DNA from: Nitrospira sp. | GTDB lineage: Bacteria; Nitrospirota; Nitrospiria; Nitrospirales; UBA8639 | Assembly: GCA_020430245.1 (NCBI GenBank) | Contig: JAGQKG010000001.1 | Location: 1 to 49,215 of the forward strand | Direction: 5' to 3' | Length of the DNA stretch: 49,215 nt | Shown: piece by piece, positions 11,101 to 19,347 of the stretch | Layout of the letters: every line of letters starts with the position of its first letter | Position numbering within the stretch: the stretch's first letter is position 1 | Translations under genes and position numbers: made by a program | Notes under the pieces: generated by a model | What the model was told of the DNA's origin: nothing | Databases searched by the model: none | The model's input: the letters and a program-made list of their open reading frames with translations, nothing else

Positions 11101-11441
11101 GAGGCATCCACTCCCACGACACTCCGTGCAACATCAGCTAACAGCCCTGAACCATACCCCTCTCCACATGCGATATCGAGCACATCCTTTCCTATCGCCA
11201 GTTCGCGGGCGAGGTAATAGCGATGCAAATGTTCTAGCTCAATATCTCCAATGACTCCCGGAACATACCGTTCGCCTGTCCACGGAAGCTTTGACTGCTC
11301 TGTCACATCGGTCATGATATCCTGCTTTCTTTCAGTAGAGGACAGGCAGGTAGGGTCGGAATTCATGACATCCATTTCCTGCCCTGAGCCCCTTACCAAT
11401 GGTGTCCTCCCCGATGAGACCTGTTCCTCATTCTTTTTCAT
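8160..11441 (-). CDS. Multidomain glycan enzyme: methyltransferase + coiled coil + GT2 + WbsX/GH99-like domain (likely start ATG 11315)
   Basis: [25 protein letters not shown] (methyltransferase); heptad segment ending SSLLWR; VSIVIPV..VDDGS..FLNNDT (GT2); [43 protein letters not shown] (WbsX-like). Confidence 0.88.
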   Translation of the reverse strand: [1093 protein letters not shown]

Positions 11442-11583
11442 GATTTAGCGCTATGCATATATAATCACCGCCAAAGATTGGGTTAAAATGACCTCTTCGC
11501 CACCTAAACCCAGCGGAATAGTCATTCAGCCGAGCAAGGACACAGAACACCTCTAAACCTGACCGCATAACCCTGAATTTTTC

Positions 11584-12936
11584 TCACGATGAGGCCAAGG
11601 GCATCACCGTGGATTCAAATTCAATCGCCAACATCGGAATGCCAATAAGCCCTCTTAGGACGTGACTCGAGTGAACACGGAAAAACAGGGCATCATCGAT
11701 CCAATGATGCAGAGCATGATTTTCTGGTGTCCCTTCGGCTATCGCGGCGATCACCGAATAATCACCGGTTGGGAGATACGGTAGCTGAAAACGAAACAGC
11801 GCATGAAATCGTTGTCCCTGTTCAATGGAGCGATCGACGTCACGATACATCAGAAACGTATTGTCGCCAAACAAGTACTGGCCTAATCGATCCTTCACAT
11901 AAAACCCAAGAATGGGCCGTGCTAAGGGTCGTTCCGACACACACCGAATGGTTAGAGTGACTTCCTCTCCACCATCTAGCGTTGTCAAGAGAGAACCCTG
12001 CTGATCGGAAAGCGCCACTTCGCAAATACTAGCTCCCCGCTCGCCAAACCACGGAGCATTGGGATCAAAATCAAAAATCTCCAACTCATTTCGATGTGGA
12101 GAGTTCTTTAACATCTCACTCCGTGGATCTTTTACCCGCATGGCTCGATCTGTTGGGGCTTTGCGGCTTCCGCCAATACGAAAGGTGTTGGCATTTTCCT
12201 GTTCGTGATACAGCGCAGCAAGAAAATTATGGCAAACCTCTTTTGCGGGACCAATTTCCCGGACAACCCCATTATCAAGCCAAACAACCCGGTCGCAAAG
12301 ATTGGTCACCGAAGCCGTATCATGCGAGACAAAAAGGAGCGTGCCGGTTTCCCTAAATTGATGAAGGAAGCGCATACATTTTTGAGTGAACGCGGCATCA
12401 CCCACGGCAAGGATTTCATCGATAATCAGAATATCGGCATCCACATGGGCGACAAGGGAAAAGGCCAACCGTGCATACATTCCACTCGAGAAAATTTTGA
12501 CCGGATGATTAATAAAATCTCCAATGGCGGCAAAGTCCGTTATGGATTCGTATCGGGCATCGATCTGCTCACTGGTCAGGCCAAGAATGGAGGCAGCCAG
12601 ATACACATTTTCCTTTCCGGTAAATTCAGGATTAAAACTTGATCCTAATTCCAGCAACGCCGCGACTCGGCCTTTGACGGTCAACTCGCCACAGGTCGGA
12701 GCTACGGTACCGCACACCAATTGTAAAAACGTCGACTTCCCGGATCCATTGCGACCGATAATTCCGACCGTTTCTCCCCGATACACGCTCAGATCAACAC
12801 CTTGGAGGCCCCAAAACTCATCATAGAACTGTCGACGCCCTCTCCATAACATCTGTTTCAAGCGATCCTCAGGCTTTCGAAAGATCTGGTAGGCCTTCCC
12901 AAGTCCTTGGACGCGTATAGCCAGGTCAGACGACAT
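11584..12936 (-). CDS. wzt: Polysaccharide ABC exporter ATP-binding subunit with C-terminal carbohydrate-binding (Wzt_C) domain
   Basis: Walker A GRNGSGKST, FSSGM signature, ILIIDEILAVGDAAF, VSH, and a long C-terminal extension. ATG at 12936 overlaps the end of wzm. Confidence 0.92.
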   Translation of the reverse strand: MSSDLAIRVQGLGKAYQIFRKPEDRLKQMLWRGRRQFYDEFWGLQGVDLSVYRGETVGIIGRNGSGKSTFLQLVCGTVAPTCGELTVKGRVAALLELGSSFNPEFTGKENVYLAASILGLTSEQIDARYESITDFAAIGDFINHPVKIFSSGMYARLAFSLVAHVDADILIIDEILAVGDAAFTQKCMRFLHQFRETGTLLFVSHDTASVTNLCDRVVWLDNGVVREIGPAKEVCHNFLAALYHEQENANTFRIGGSRKAPTDRAMRVKDPRSEMLKNSPHRNELEIFDFDPNAPWFGERGASICEVALSDQQGSLLTTLDGGEEVTLTIRCVSERPLARPILGFYVKDRLGQYLFGDNTFLMYRDVDRSIEQGQRFHALFRFQLPYLPTGDYSVIAAIAEGTPENHALHHWIDDALFFRVHSSHVLRGLIGIPMLAIEFESTVMPLASS

Positions 12937-13741
12937 CAGCAAATCCTTTTCGCGTTTTTTGGAACCAGGCAAAACCCAACCAGCCTACCATCCAAAAAAC
13001 AACCGTATACAGGAGCCAGTCTCCCCATTCCGGCATTTGTCCCCAAAATATGACGGATTTCGACGCATTCAGGATAGGTGTTAACGGATTGAGCTGAATC
13101 AATCCTCGATAGGTTTCAGGAATAGCAGATAAGGGGTAAAATATAGGACTGAGAAACATCAGCATCGTGGTCATCACGCCTACCAATGGCTGTACGTCAC
13201 GCAGAAACACCCCCATGGATGCAAGGAACCAACCTAATCCTACAATCAACAGGACAAACGGAAACAGTATCACCGGCAACATCAACACCGTAAGGGGTGG
13301 AGGACCATGGACTATGAGAAAAAAAATCAACAAAATCAGGAGACTCACGGCTGCATTAAAAAGTGCTACTTGCATGGACACCCAAGGCATTATCTCCAGA
13401 GGAAACACCACCTTTTTTATATAAGACACATTTTCAAGCATAAGGCCCGGAGCACGCGTGACGCATTCTGAAAATAAATTAAAAACAATTAAGCCGGAAA
13501 ATAATAGCAGAGCAAAGGCACCGTTTTCCTCCATAGGCACCTCCCATCGAATTCGAAACACGACAGAAAAGACAAACGTATATACCCCCAACATCAGCAT
13601 CGGGACAACAAAAGCCCAGATGACTCCAAGCATCGATCCTCGGTAACGAGCATCAATCTCTCGCTTGGCAAGACGAGAAATCAACCTTCTGTGCTCCCAG
13701 GCACAGATCAATGGTGAAAAAGGACTATATGTATATGTCAT
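12926..13741 (-). CDS. wzm: Polysaccharide ABC exporter permease
   Basis: RYRGSMLGVIW, YIKKVVFPLE, LSPIFYP, LNPL; several hydrophobic helices; coupled to wzt. Confidence 0.92.
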   Translation of the reverse strand: MTYTYSPFSPLICAWEHRRLISRLAKREIDARYRGSMLGVIWAFVVPMLMLGVYTFVFSVVFRIRWEVPMEENGAFALLLFSGLIVFNLFSECVTRAPGLMLENVSYIKKVVFPLEIMPWVSMQVALFNAAVSLLILLIFFLIVHGPPPLTVLMLPVILFPFVLLIVGLGWFLASMGVFLRDVQPLVGVMTTMLMFLSPIFYPLSAIPETYRGLIQLNPLTPILNASKSVIFWGQMPEWGDWLLYTVVFWMVGWLGFAWFQKTRKGFADVV

Positions 13742-15459
13742 TAATTATAATTAACAGTTAATATTATCATTGCCTCGTGACCTGTAAAAAATTGACCGGT
13801 GAGAATTAAAAACCAATTATCCATTCCGGTTACCCTATTTTTTCAAAGCTACGCTACCAAACCTCTCGGCATGAAATGCTCACACTCATTAGGGCTCGGC
13901 TCGAACCATCAACCGTAAGTTTTCAATACCAGCAAATAAAGTGATGAAATAAAAGGGGTGGGTGACCAGGAAGTGGGAAAAATTCTATAAATCCATTGGG
14001 GTATGAGGCAGAAAGAATTGCCCCTCCTGCTTTGTGAAAATTCCAATCACCTTACTGAAGGGGGAATAAGTCTTAGCAAAACACGGATAGCTTATATCAA
14101 ATTCAATACCATGCCATCAACCATCCAGACATCCTGGATTGGCGGGCATCCATTCTGCCAAGGCTTTCCTCAAGATTTCATTGTCGTACTTTTGCCAAAA
14201 AAGAGGGATACCTACAAAACCAGTGAACTCTAAGTATATCCTAATCCCTGCTGTGACCAACACGCAACCTATCTAACTGAATACACAAAACCAAATGCGT
14301 GCCCATTCACCATAAACCTGTATCTTAATCCATTTCCCCCGCCTCAATCCGTCGGGAAATTTGGCCAACTGGCAAACTTAATCTCACGGTGCCTGATCGA
14401 CGTTACGATAAACACCAATTGATTACCAAACCAGCACATACCCATAAATTGTCCCCTCACAGTCTGCCCCGCACCTATTGCCAGAACAATTTTTCTCCCC
14501 CGCGGAAGGAAGCTTTAAATAAGACGCGCTTGCCCTCAAGCCGATCCCGACTTTCACGACAAAACATTGTCAAAGCGCAAGGCATCAGCCGGGTGGCATT
14601 CCAGCGTCCTTGGCAATAAGGCCCTCAAACCCCCATGTCGGCAAGATCTTCGGGCACTGCCGTGATCAAAACTTCATTGTGAAGCTCTAGGTATCTGATA
14701 GGACTGCACCTCAACAACCCGGATAGACCCCTTACGCTGAGTGTAGAGCTGTCTGCTTCTATTCAAGCACTTGATCGCAAAAAACCTAACCGGCCGTTCA
14801 AGAAAGGCCGTTTTGAAGAGTAGATCCCCACGGGTTCAAACCCCTTTCCCCACTAGCTTTGAGAGCACACGACGGTACCGCGAAAAACACTTGGAGTCCT
14901 CAGCACAGACGGCAAGGTGATTGACGTCTATATGCCGACTATAAACATTAGTAGTCCCTGTCTTTTATTTTCGGTGCATGGCGAGAATCCGTCCGATCCC
15001 ATGCTGCATCTCCTTGTTGGCAATCACCGAAGGCACAAGTATCTTGTGTCAGGTTATCGGTTACGGCAGAACTCGTGCTTCACTCTGTCCTGCCTTCTGA
15101 CTTCGAAGATCTTATTGAAAGCGCTGGAGCGTAGATTGTGCAACCTCGCCGCAAACCGTATCTACTGCAAATGACTTGGGAACCTACTGAAGTTGATTGG
15201 CACTATACAATAACAATATTGACTGTTATCACCTGAACCCGAATGAATTAAAGAATTCAAACACGGTGTTCATTCATTACCCTAATCTTTGGCGGAAAAA
15301 TTGAAGGCACTGCCTAAAGGCTGTTGACAGGTTTAGCGACAACCATACCGATGGGTGAAAGTTTTTGACCGCTTGAGAAGAGAAGGACCAACTGTTGTGG
15401 ACTGCTCTTCCCATAAACCAACAATGCTTGAGGAACGGGTTAGGGGGATTTCTTCGTAA

Positions 15460-15502
15460 GGAAACGCGTGCCGAAAGGTTAAGCCTTTCAACACGCGTTT
15501 CC
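15460..15502 (-). terminator. 19-bp stem-loop downstream of the 15588-16379 gene (terminator or 3' stabilising hairpin)
   Basis: Minus strand GGAAACGCGTGTTGAAAGG-CTTAA-CCTTTCGGCACGCGTTTCC. The two mismatches are G.U wobbles only on the minus strand. The U-tract after it is weak. Confidence 0.55.
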
Positions 15503-15587
15503 GAAATTTTCTAGTCTTTTTTTCTTTTAAAACTTTCAGGGCTTAAGCTTCGTACGTCAATATACCTTTTTTTATTCGCCTCTCTGG

Positions 15588-16379
15588 TCACGGTTGCATA
15601 TTCCGAAGCATCTCCTCTTGCAGATAGCTTGGCACCGGCTCAATCTCCATCGGGGGATAGGCTGTGGCTGGAATGATTGGCATATCAGGTGTATTGGCCG
15701 GCGGCGTCACTTGCATCCCGCTAATACTGCTAGCAGGCACCATGGGCATCGTGGTTCCTGGCGGTACAGGCTGAATGTCCATGGGTACACCAGCCGCCGG
15801 AGCTCTTAAGCCAGGACTCTCTTCTGAAAAAGATGAGGCCGACGGTGAAACCTTCCCATTGGGCTCCCCTTCATGAGACAGAAATGAAGGAGAATCCACC
15901 TCTTCTTGCTCAGGATCCCTTTGGACGTCTGAACGAAGACCTGTTTCACCCATCGCATTTGAAGAACCAAACCCTGACGGGTTCCTCGTCTCAGAAACCG
16001 CTTCTCCTGGTGGGGCTTTTGGTGTTACATAGAGAAATTGCAAGCGCCCCGCCGCATTGACGGTAAACGCATAGTCCCATTGGGCCAAAATTTTTGCCAA
16101 GGCAGGAAGGATTTTGTCCTGTTGAAGATCGACCGAAACAAATTTATTCAGTTCCTCAACAGGGGCCTCGTATTTTATACCCAATTCTTTCTGTAATTGT
16201 TCCAGTACCGTTCGCAAGGTCACCTGTGACAAATGACCTGTTAGACGATCCCCCTCAACCTGTAGAGGGGCCTCAGGGGTTAAAGCCCCCCCCCATCCTC
16301 TGAGACCTACCAAAAGGAGTAAGGCCACCAGAACCAGCCCACTTATCCATCTAGACTTTATTCTCTGACCGGATCTCAT
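15588..16379 (-). CDS. Exported or membrane-anchored hypothetical protein with STN/secretin-N-like domain and C-terminal Met/Pro repeats
   Basis: AAAGGAG RBS; basic N-terminus followed by a hydrophobic helix; GDRLTGHLSQVTLRTVLEQLQKELGI resembles STN-type domains; low-complexity linker; 5 x 11-aa repeat. Confidence 0.7.
   Translation of the reverse strand: MRSGQRIKSRWISGLVLVALLLLVGLRGWGGALTPEAPLQVEGDRLTGHLSQVTLRTVLEQLQKELGIKYEAPVEELNKFVSVDLQQDKILPALAKILAQWDYAFTVNAAGRLQFLYVTPKAPPGEAVSETRNPSGFGSSNAMGETGLRSDVQRDPEQEEVDSPSFLSHEGEPNGKVSPSASSFSEESPGLRAPAAGVPMDIQPVPPGTTMPMVPASSISGMQVTPPANTPDMPIIPATAYPPMEIEPVPSYLQEEMLRNMQP
15618..15782 (-). repeat. Five tandem 11-aa repeats, M-x-[IMV]-x-P-x6
   Basis: MDIQPVPPGTT / MPMVPASSISG / MQVTPPANTPD / MPIIPATAYPP / MEIEPVPSYLQ. 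Confidence 0.75.
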
Positions 16380-16725
16380 GGTACATCTCCTTTCCCAATT
16401 CTACGGTAGAAACCGGGCTCATCCCTTCCTAAAGGAAACGAAGCTCCCCACTTCCGACCTCCTATCCATTTTTTTTCATATTTTCGCATCACCCCTAATT
16501 GCTCTCAGTCACCGGAATATTCCAGAAAAATAGGGAAGTGCTGAACTTTGCAATTGGAAGAGGTGTTCCATGGGAATTTCCCCTCTTTGCTAGGAAAACG
16601 GGATAGCAAGACCACCGCCACCGGACAATCTCTAGAAAACAATAAAAACTTTTGTCACACAACTGGCAATGGGCAAGAAACAGGGTCGAGAGACTTGGGG
16701 GAGCAACAGTCCATTTCGCTTTAAA

Positions 16726-18174
16726 TTAGAGAATTCCCTGGATCGAAAGCATAATCGTATTACTGTTGAAATCAAAATTGGCTATATTTGAGCTTCTTTT
16801 CTCGAAAATATAATCTAAGCGAAAGCCCAGCCATTTGACCGTACGGTATTCCGGTCCTATCCGCAAACGAAATCGATTATCCGTTCTATTCGTATTAAAA
16901 TTATCGTTGGCGTAGTAAAAATTTCCTCTGAAGGCAAAACGGTCCGTAAACGCCTGTTTCACATTAACGTTGGCGCCTATTCGTTTATACGTGGAAGTAC
17001 CCTGCACCGCTGACTGATTAATTCTTGAAAAGGGCTGGAGACGCAAACTAAACCGAGACGTAGGATTCCAATTCAAATTTCCTTGCATGTAGAAGAAGGT
17101 CCGTTGCTCCGATCCTAGGCTTAAACCCTTTGCAAGGAGAGCTTGGCCGCGGGCTGAGTCTTCATCGATAGGCGCATGGTCAAAATTTAAAACCTGATAC
17201 CCTACATTGAATTCTCCTGATAGCTGGCGGGTAGGCGACAAGCTGAAGCCCGTATACGCCCCGTAACCAAAGCTATTCTGCTGCTTATTGGTATTATAAT
17301 CATTGTTGACTATTCGAACGCCAAGAAGGGCGCGGGTTGAGGGAGTTACCCTTACAAATACTGCGAGATTGGCACCAGCACGGTGCCGGTCCCGCGGGGC
17401 AGCCTGCCCATTGTTGGTGTAATTTAAATCATCAAAATTCGTGCGAAGACGGATACCAGCCTTTTGCCCCGTGAATTCCACTTGGCCTAAAAACCGATTC
17501 ATATTCCACTTGGTAATATCCCTTTGTTGGGTATCCACTTCCGACCCTCTTGGGTCAAACCCTTCTAAATGCCCTCCTTGCAAGTCTATTGCTAGCCCAC
17601 CCGGATAATTCAAGCTGACGTGTCCAACAGCATCTTGAGCCAGGGCATTGTTTTCAGAAAATTTTGCATAGAGAAATTTGGCAGCGCGGTAGTCAAGAAG
17701 TACGGAATGCTTACCTCCGCCAAACGGCATGAAGGCCTGAATTCCAGGCGCGATGGTCGTAAGAAAGTCACTTTTCGTATTTGTGTCTCTCCGAAACACA
17801 TTGTCGGTATACACTTCCGCTACACCTAAAAATGGATGGAGCTGCACCGGTCCAGCTTTGATACCATCCCCTACACCAGATCCCGTCATTAATTCACGAA
17901 AAAGCCCACTCTGATTCTGAATGGGTCGATGAGACCCTGTGAAATAAAATAGTCCCAAATCCGAAAAGGATTGAGCCTGTCCCCTGACCGGGGAAAATAC
18001 CTCACAGATCACAAGACATGTTAGAAAAAGAACAAGAGCCCATTTCCGCTCACACAGTGTGGCAAATGGGGAAAGACACACCGCTCTTGTTTTTCGCCAT
18101 ACGAAATCGACCATCAAATAACCATACTCAGTTCTCGACTCACATGCCCACCTGAATGTCGGAAGAACACTCAA
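16726..18174 (-). CDS. Outer-membrane beta-barrel protein of the exopolysaccharide-associated type (BBP2/EpsL-like); start uncertain
   Basis: GIKAGPVQLHPFLGVAEVYTDNVF..SDFLTTIAPG motif; alternating amphipathic beta strands; signal-like segment ending VRGQA; C-terminal strand IMLSIQGIL. Confidence 0.8.
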   Translation of the reverse strand: MSVLPTFRWACESRTEYGYLMVDFVWRKTRAVCLSPFATLCERKWALVLFLTCLVICEVFSPVRGQAQSFSDLGLFYFTGSHRPIQNQSGLFRELMTGSGVGDGIKAGPVQLHPFLGVAEVYTDNVFRRDTNTKSDFLTTIAPGIQAFMPFGGGKHSVLLDYRAAKFLYAKFSENNALAQDAVGHVSLNYPGGLAIDLQGGHLEGFDPRGSEVDTQQRDITKWNMNRFLGQVEFTGQKAGIRLRTNFDDLNYTNNGQAAPRDRHRAGANLAVFVRVTPSTRALLGVRIVNNDYNTNKQQNSFGYGAYTGFSLSPTRQLSGEFNVGYQVLNFDHAPIDEDSARGQALLAKGLSLGSEQRTFFYMQGNLNWNPTSRFSLRLQPFSRINQSAVQGTSTYKRIGANVNVKQAFTDRFAFRGNFYYANDNFNTNRTDNRFRLRIGPEYRTVKWLGFRLDYIFEKRSSNIANFDFNSNTIMLSIQGIL

Positions 18175-18780
18175 TAATATTGAACACTATCCACTTTATG
18201 AATACCCTCATCGCATTGTTAAGTCAATTCCAAGGTCAGGTTCGCAACAAGGAACGGACCTTATCATAGGAACCGGCACAAGAAACAGTCATTCGTGCGT
18301 AGTATTAAGATTTTTTTCGCGGACAGGTTTCCCAGAAAGGGATGAATACCAAAATTCCAAAACAAAGTCGATCAAGCCGGGAAAAAGGAATAAAACCGTA
18401 AGGAGTACACTAAAATTTCAGTTACTGCGCTGATGCCGGACTTCATGTGAAATGATTTGAAGGAGAGTTAGAAAAAATTTCAACGGAGTGAGATTCGAGA
18501 AAGTCGCAGAATACTAAGGAGACTTCATCTGACCAACTCTGTCCTCAAATACCTTCTTTAGCTAACGTCTGAGGAAAGATTTTTCTAATCCTAGCATTCG
18601 CAGAATATCCCCGTTCCGCAAATGGCCTTAGAGGTAGGAGGTAGTTGGCCTTCAAAACCACGGAGCACGCGGCACAAAATCCCGGAGAATGTAGCTTACC
18701 ATTTTTCCCTGGGTGGACCCTCTACCACATAACAATCCATCAGTAAACAATTTATCGCAAATCAAGGAGAAGGTTAAATT

Positions 18781-19182
18781 TCAATAAACTTGTAAATTCT
18801 TAGGAGGAGCAGGACGCGCCGCAACGCTAGACAACGTGACACTTACCTGGTTCGAATAGGGACTTTCATTCTTCCGAGCCGAGTCGTAAGCTTTTACCGC
18901 AAAATAATACGTTTGGCCGGGATTCAGGCTTGTCACCGTATAGATGGCCTGAGTTCCGACATCTTGAGTCTGCGTATAACTGCCGCTTGAAGTCCCGTAA
19001 GCGATAATAAATCCTCCATATTCCGCGGAAGGAGGATTCCAGGCTAGGGTAACTTCTCCCGCCAGGGCATTGGAGGGGAACAGCCAGAGTAAAAGGAAAA
19101 GGCCCCCTAAAAAATTAGATACGGATCGAAAAGAATGATGACGGGAAAAGGTTAGTCGAGAAAAACCGTGATCGTGTGGCAT
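18781..19182 (-). CDS. Secreted single fibronectin type III domain protein
   Basis: AAGGAG RBS; signal peptide ending NALA; VTLAWNP..YGTSSGSY..LNPGQTYYFAVKAYD..ESPYSNQV..PAPPKNL. Confidence 0.88.
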   Translation of the reverse strand: MPHDHGFSRLTFSRHHSFRSVSNFLGGLFLLLWLFPSNALAGEVTLAWNPPSAEYGGFIIAYGTSSGSYTQTQDVGTQAIYTVTSLNPGQTYYFAVKAYDSARKNESPYSNQVSVTLSSVAARPAPPKNLQVY

Positions 19183-19260
19183 ATGAGATCTCCTTCATGC
19201 ATGTGAGTCATGCCGAGCAAAGCCACTCCGCTGTATGACCAAAGAGGATCTGTGGCTCGG

Positions 19261-19347
19261 CGGGCAACCTGGCAACCCTATCTCGACTTCCGAGACGTAG
19301 GCCCATGGCCTGGCGTCCCACCCTTTCAGATGGTTTGCCTTTTTCCG
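19261..19347 (-). promoter_or_regulatory. c-di-GMP-I (GEMM) riboswitch aptamer, variant in J2/3
   Basis: Minus strand: CGG AAAAA G GC AAA CCATCT GAAA GGGTGG GAC GC CAG GCCATGGGCC TAC GTCTCG GAAGT CGAGAT AG GGT TG CCA GGT TGC CCG. It has P1 (CGG/CCG), P2 with a GAAA tetraloop, P3 with a tetraloop-receptor-like element, and G20 and C92 equivalents. It ends about 80 nt before the FN3 start codon. Confidence 0.88.

Noticed and set aside
13851-13858. ops/JUMPStart-like GGTAGCGT on the minus strand, about 110 nt before wzm
   Set aside because: Only the 3' part of the ops consensus matches (TTTGGTAG rather than GGCGGTAG), and the same 8-mer occurs at 20323-20330 in an unrelated context.
14291-14305. 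Sigma54-like GGCACGCATTTGG on the minus strand, and similar TGGCATGTATTTGA near 906-919
   Set aside because: Both lack the conserved -12 GC dinucleotide.
14832-14853. GGGTTCAAACCCC, resembling a tRNA T-arm or att site
   Set aside because: No cloverleaf, and no match to the tRNA-Gln 3' end.
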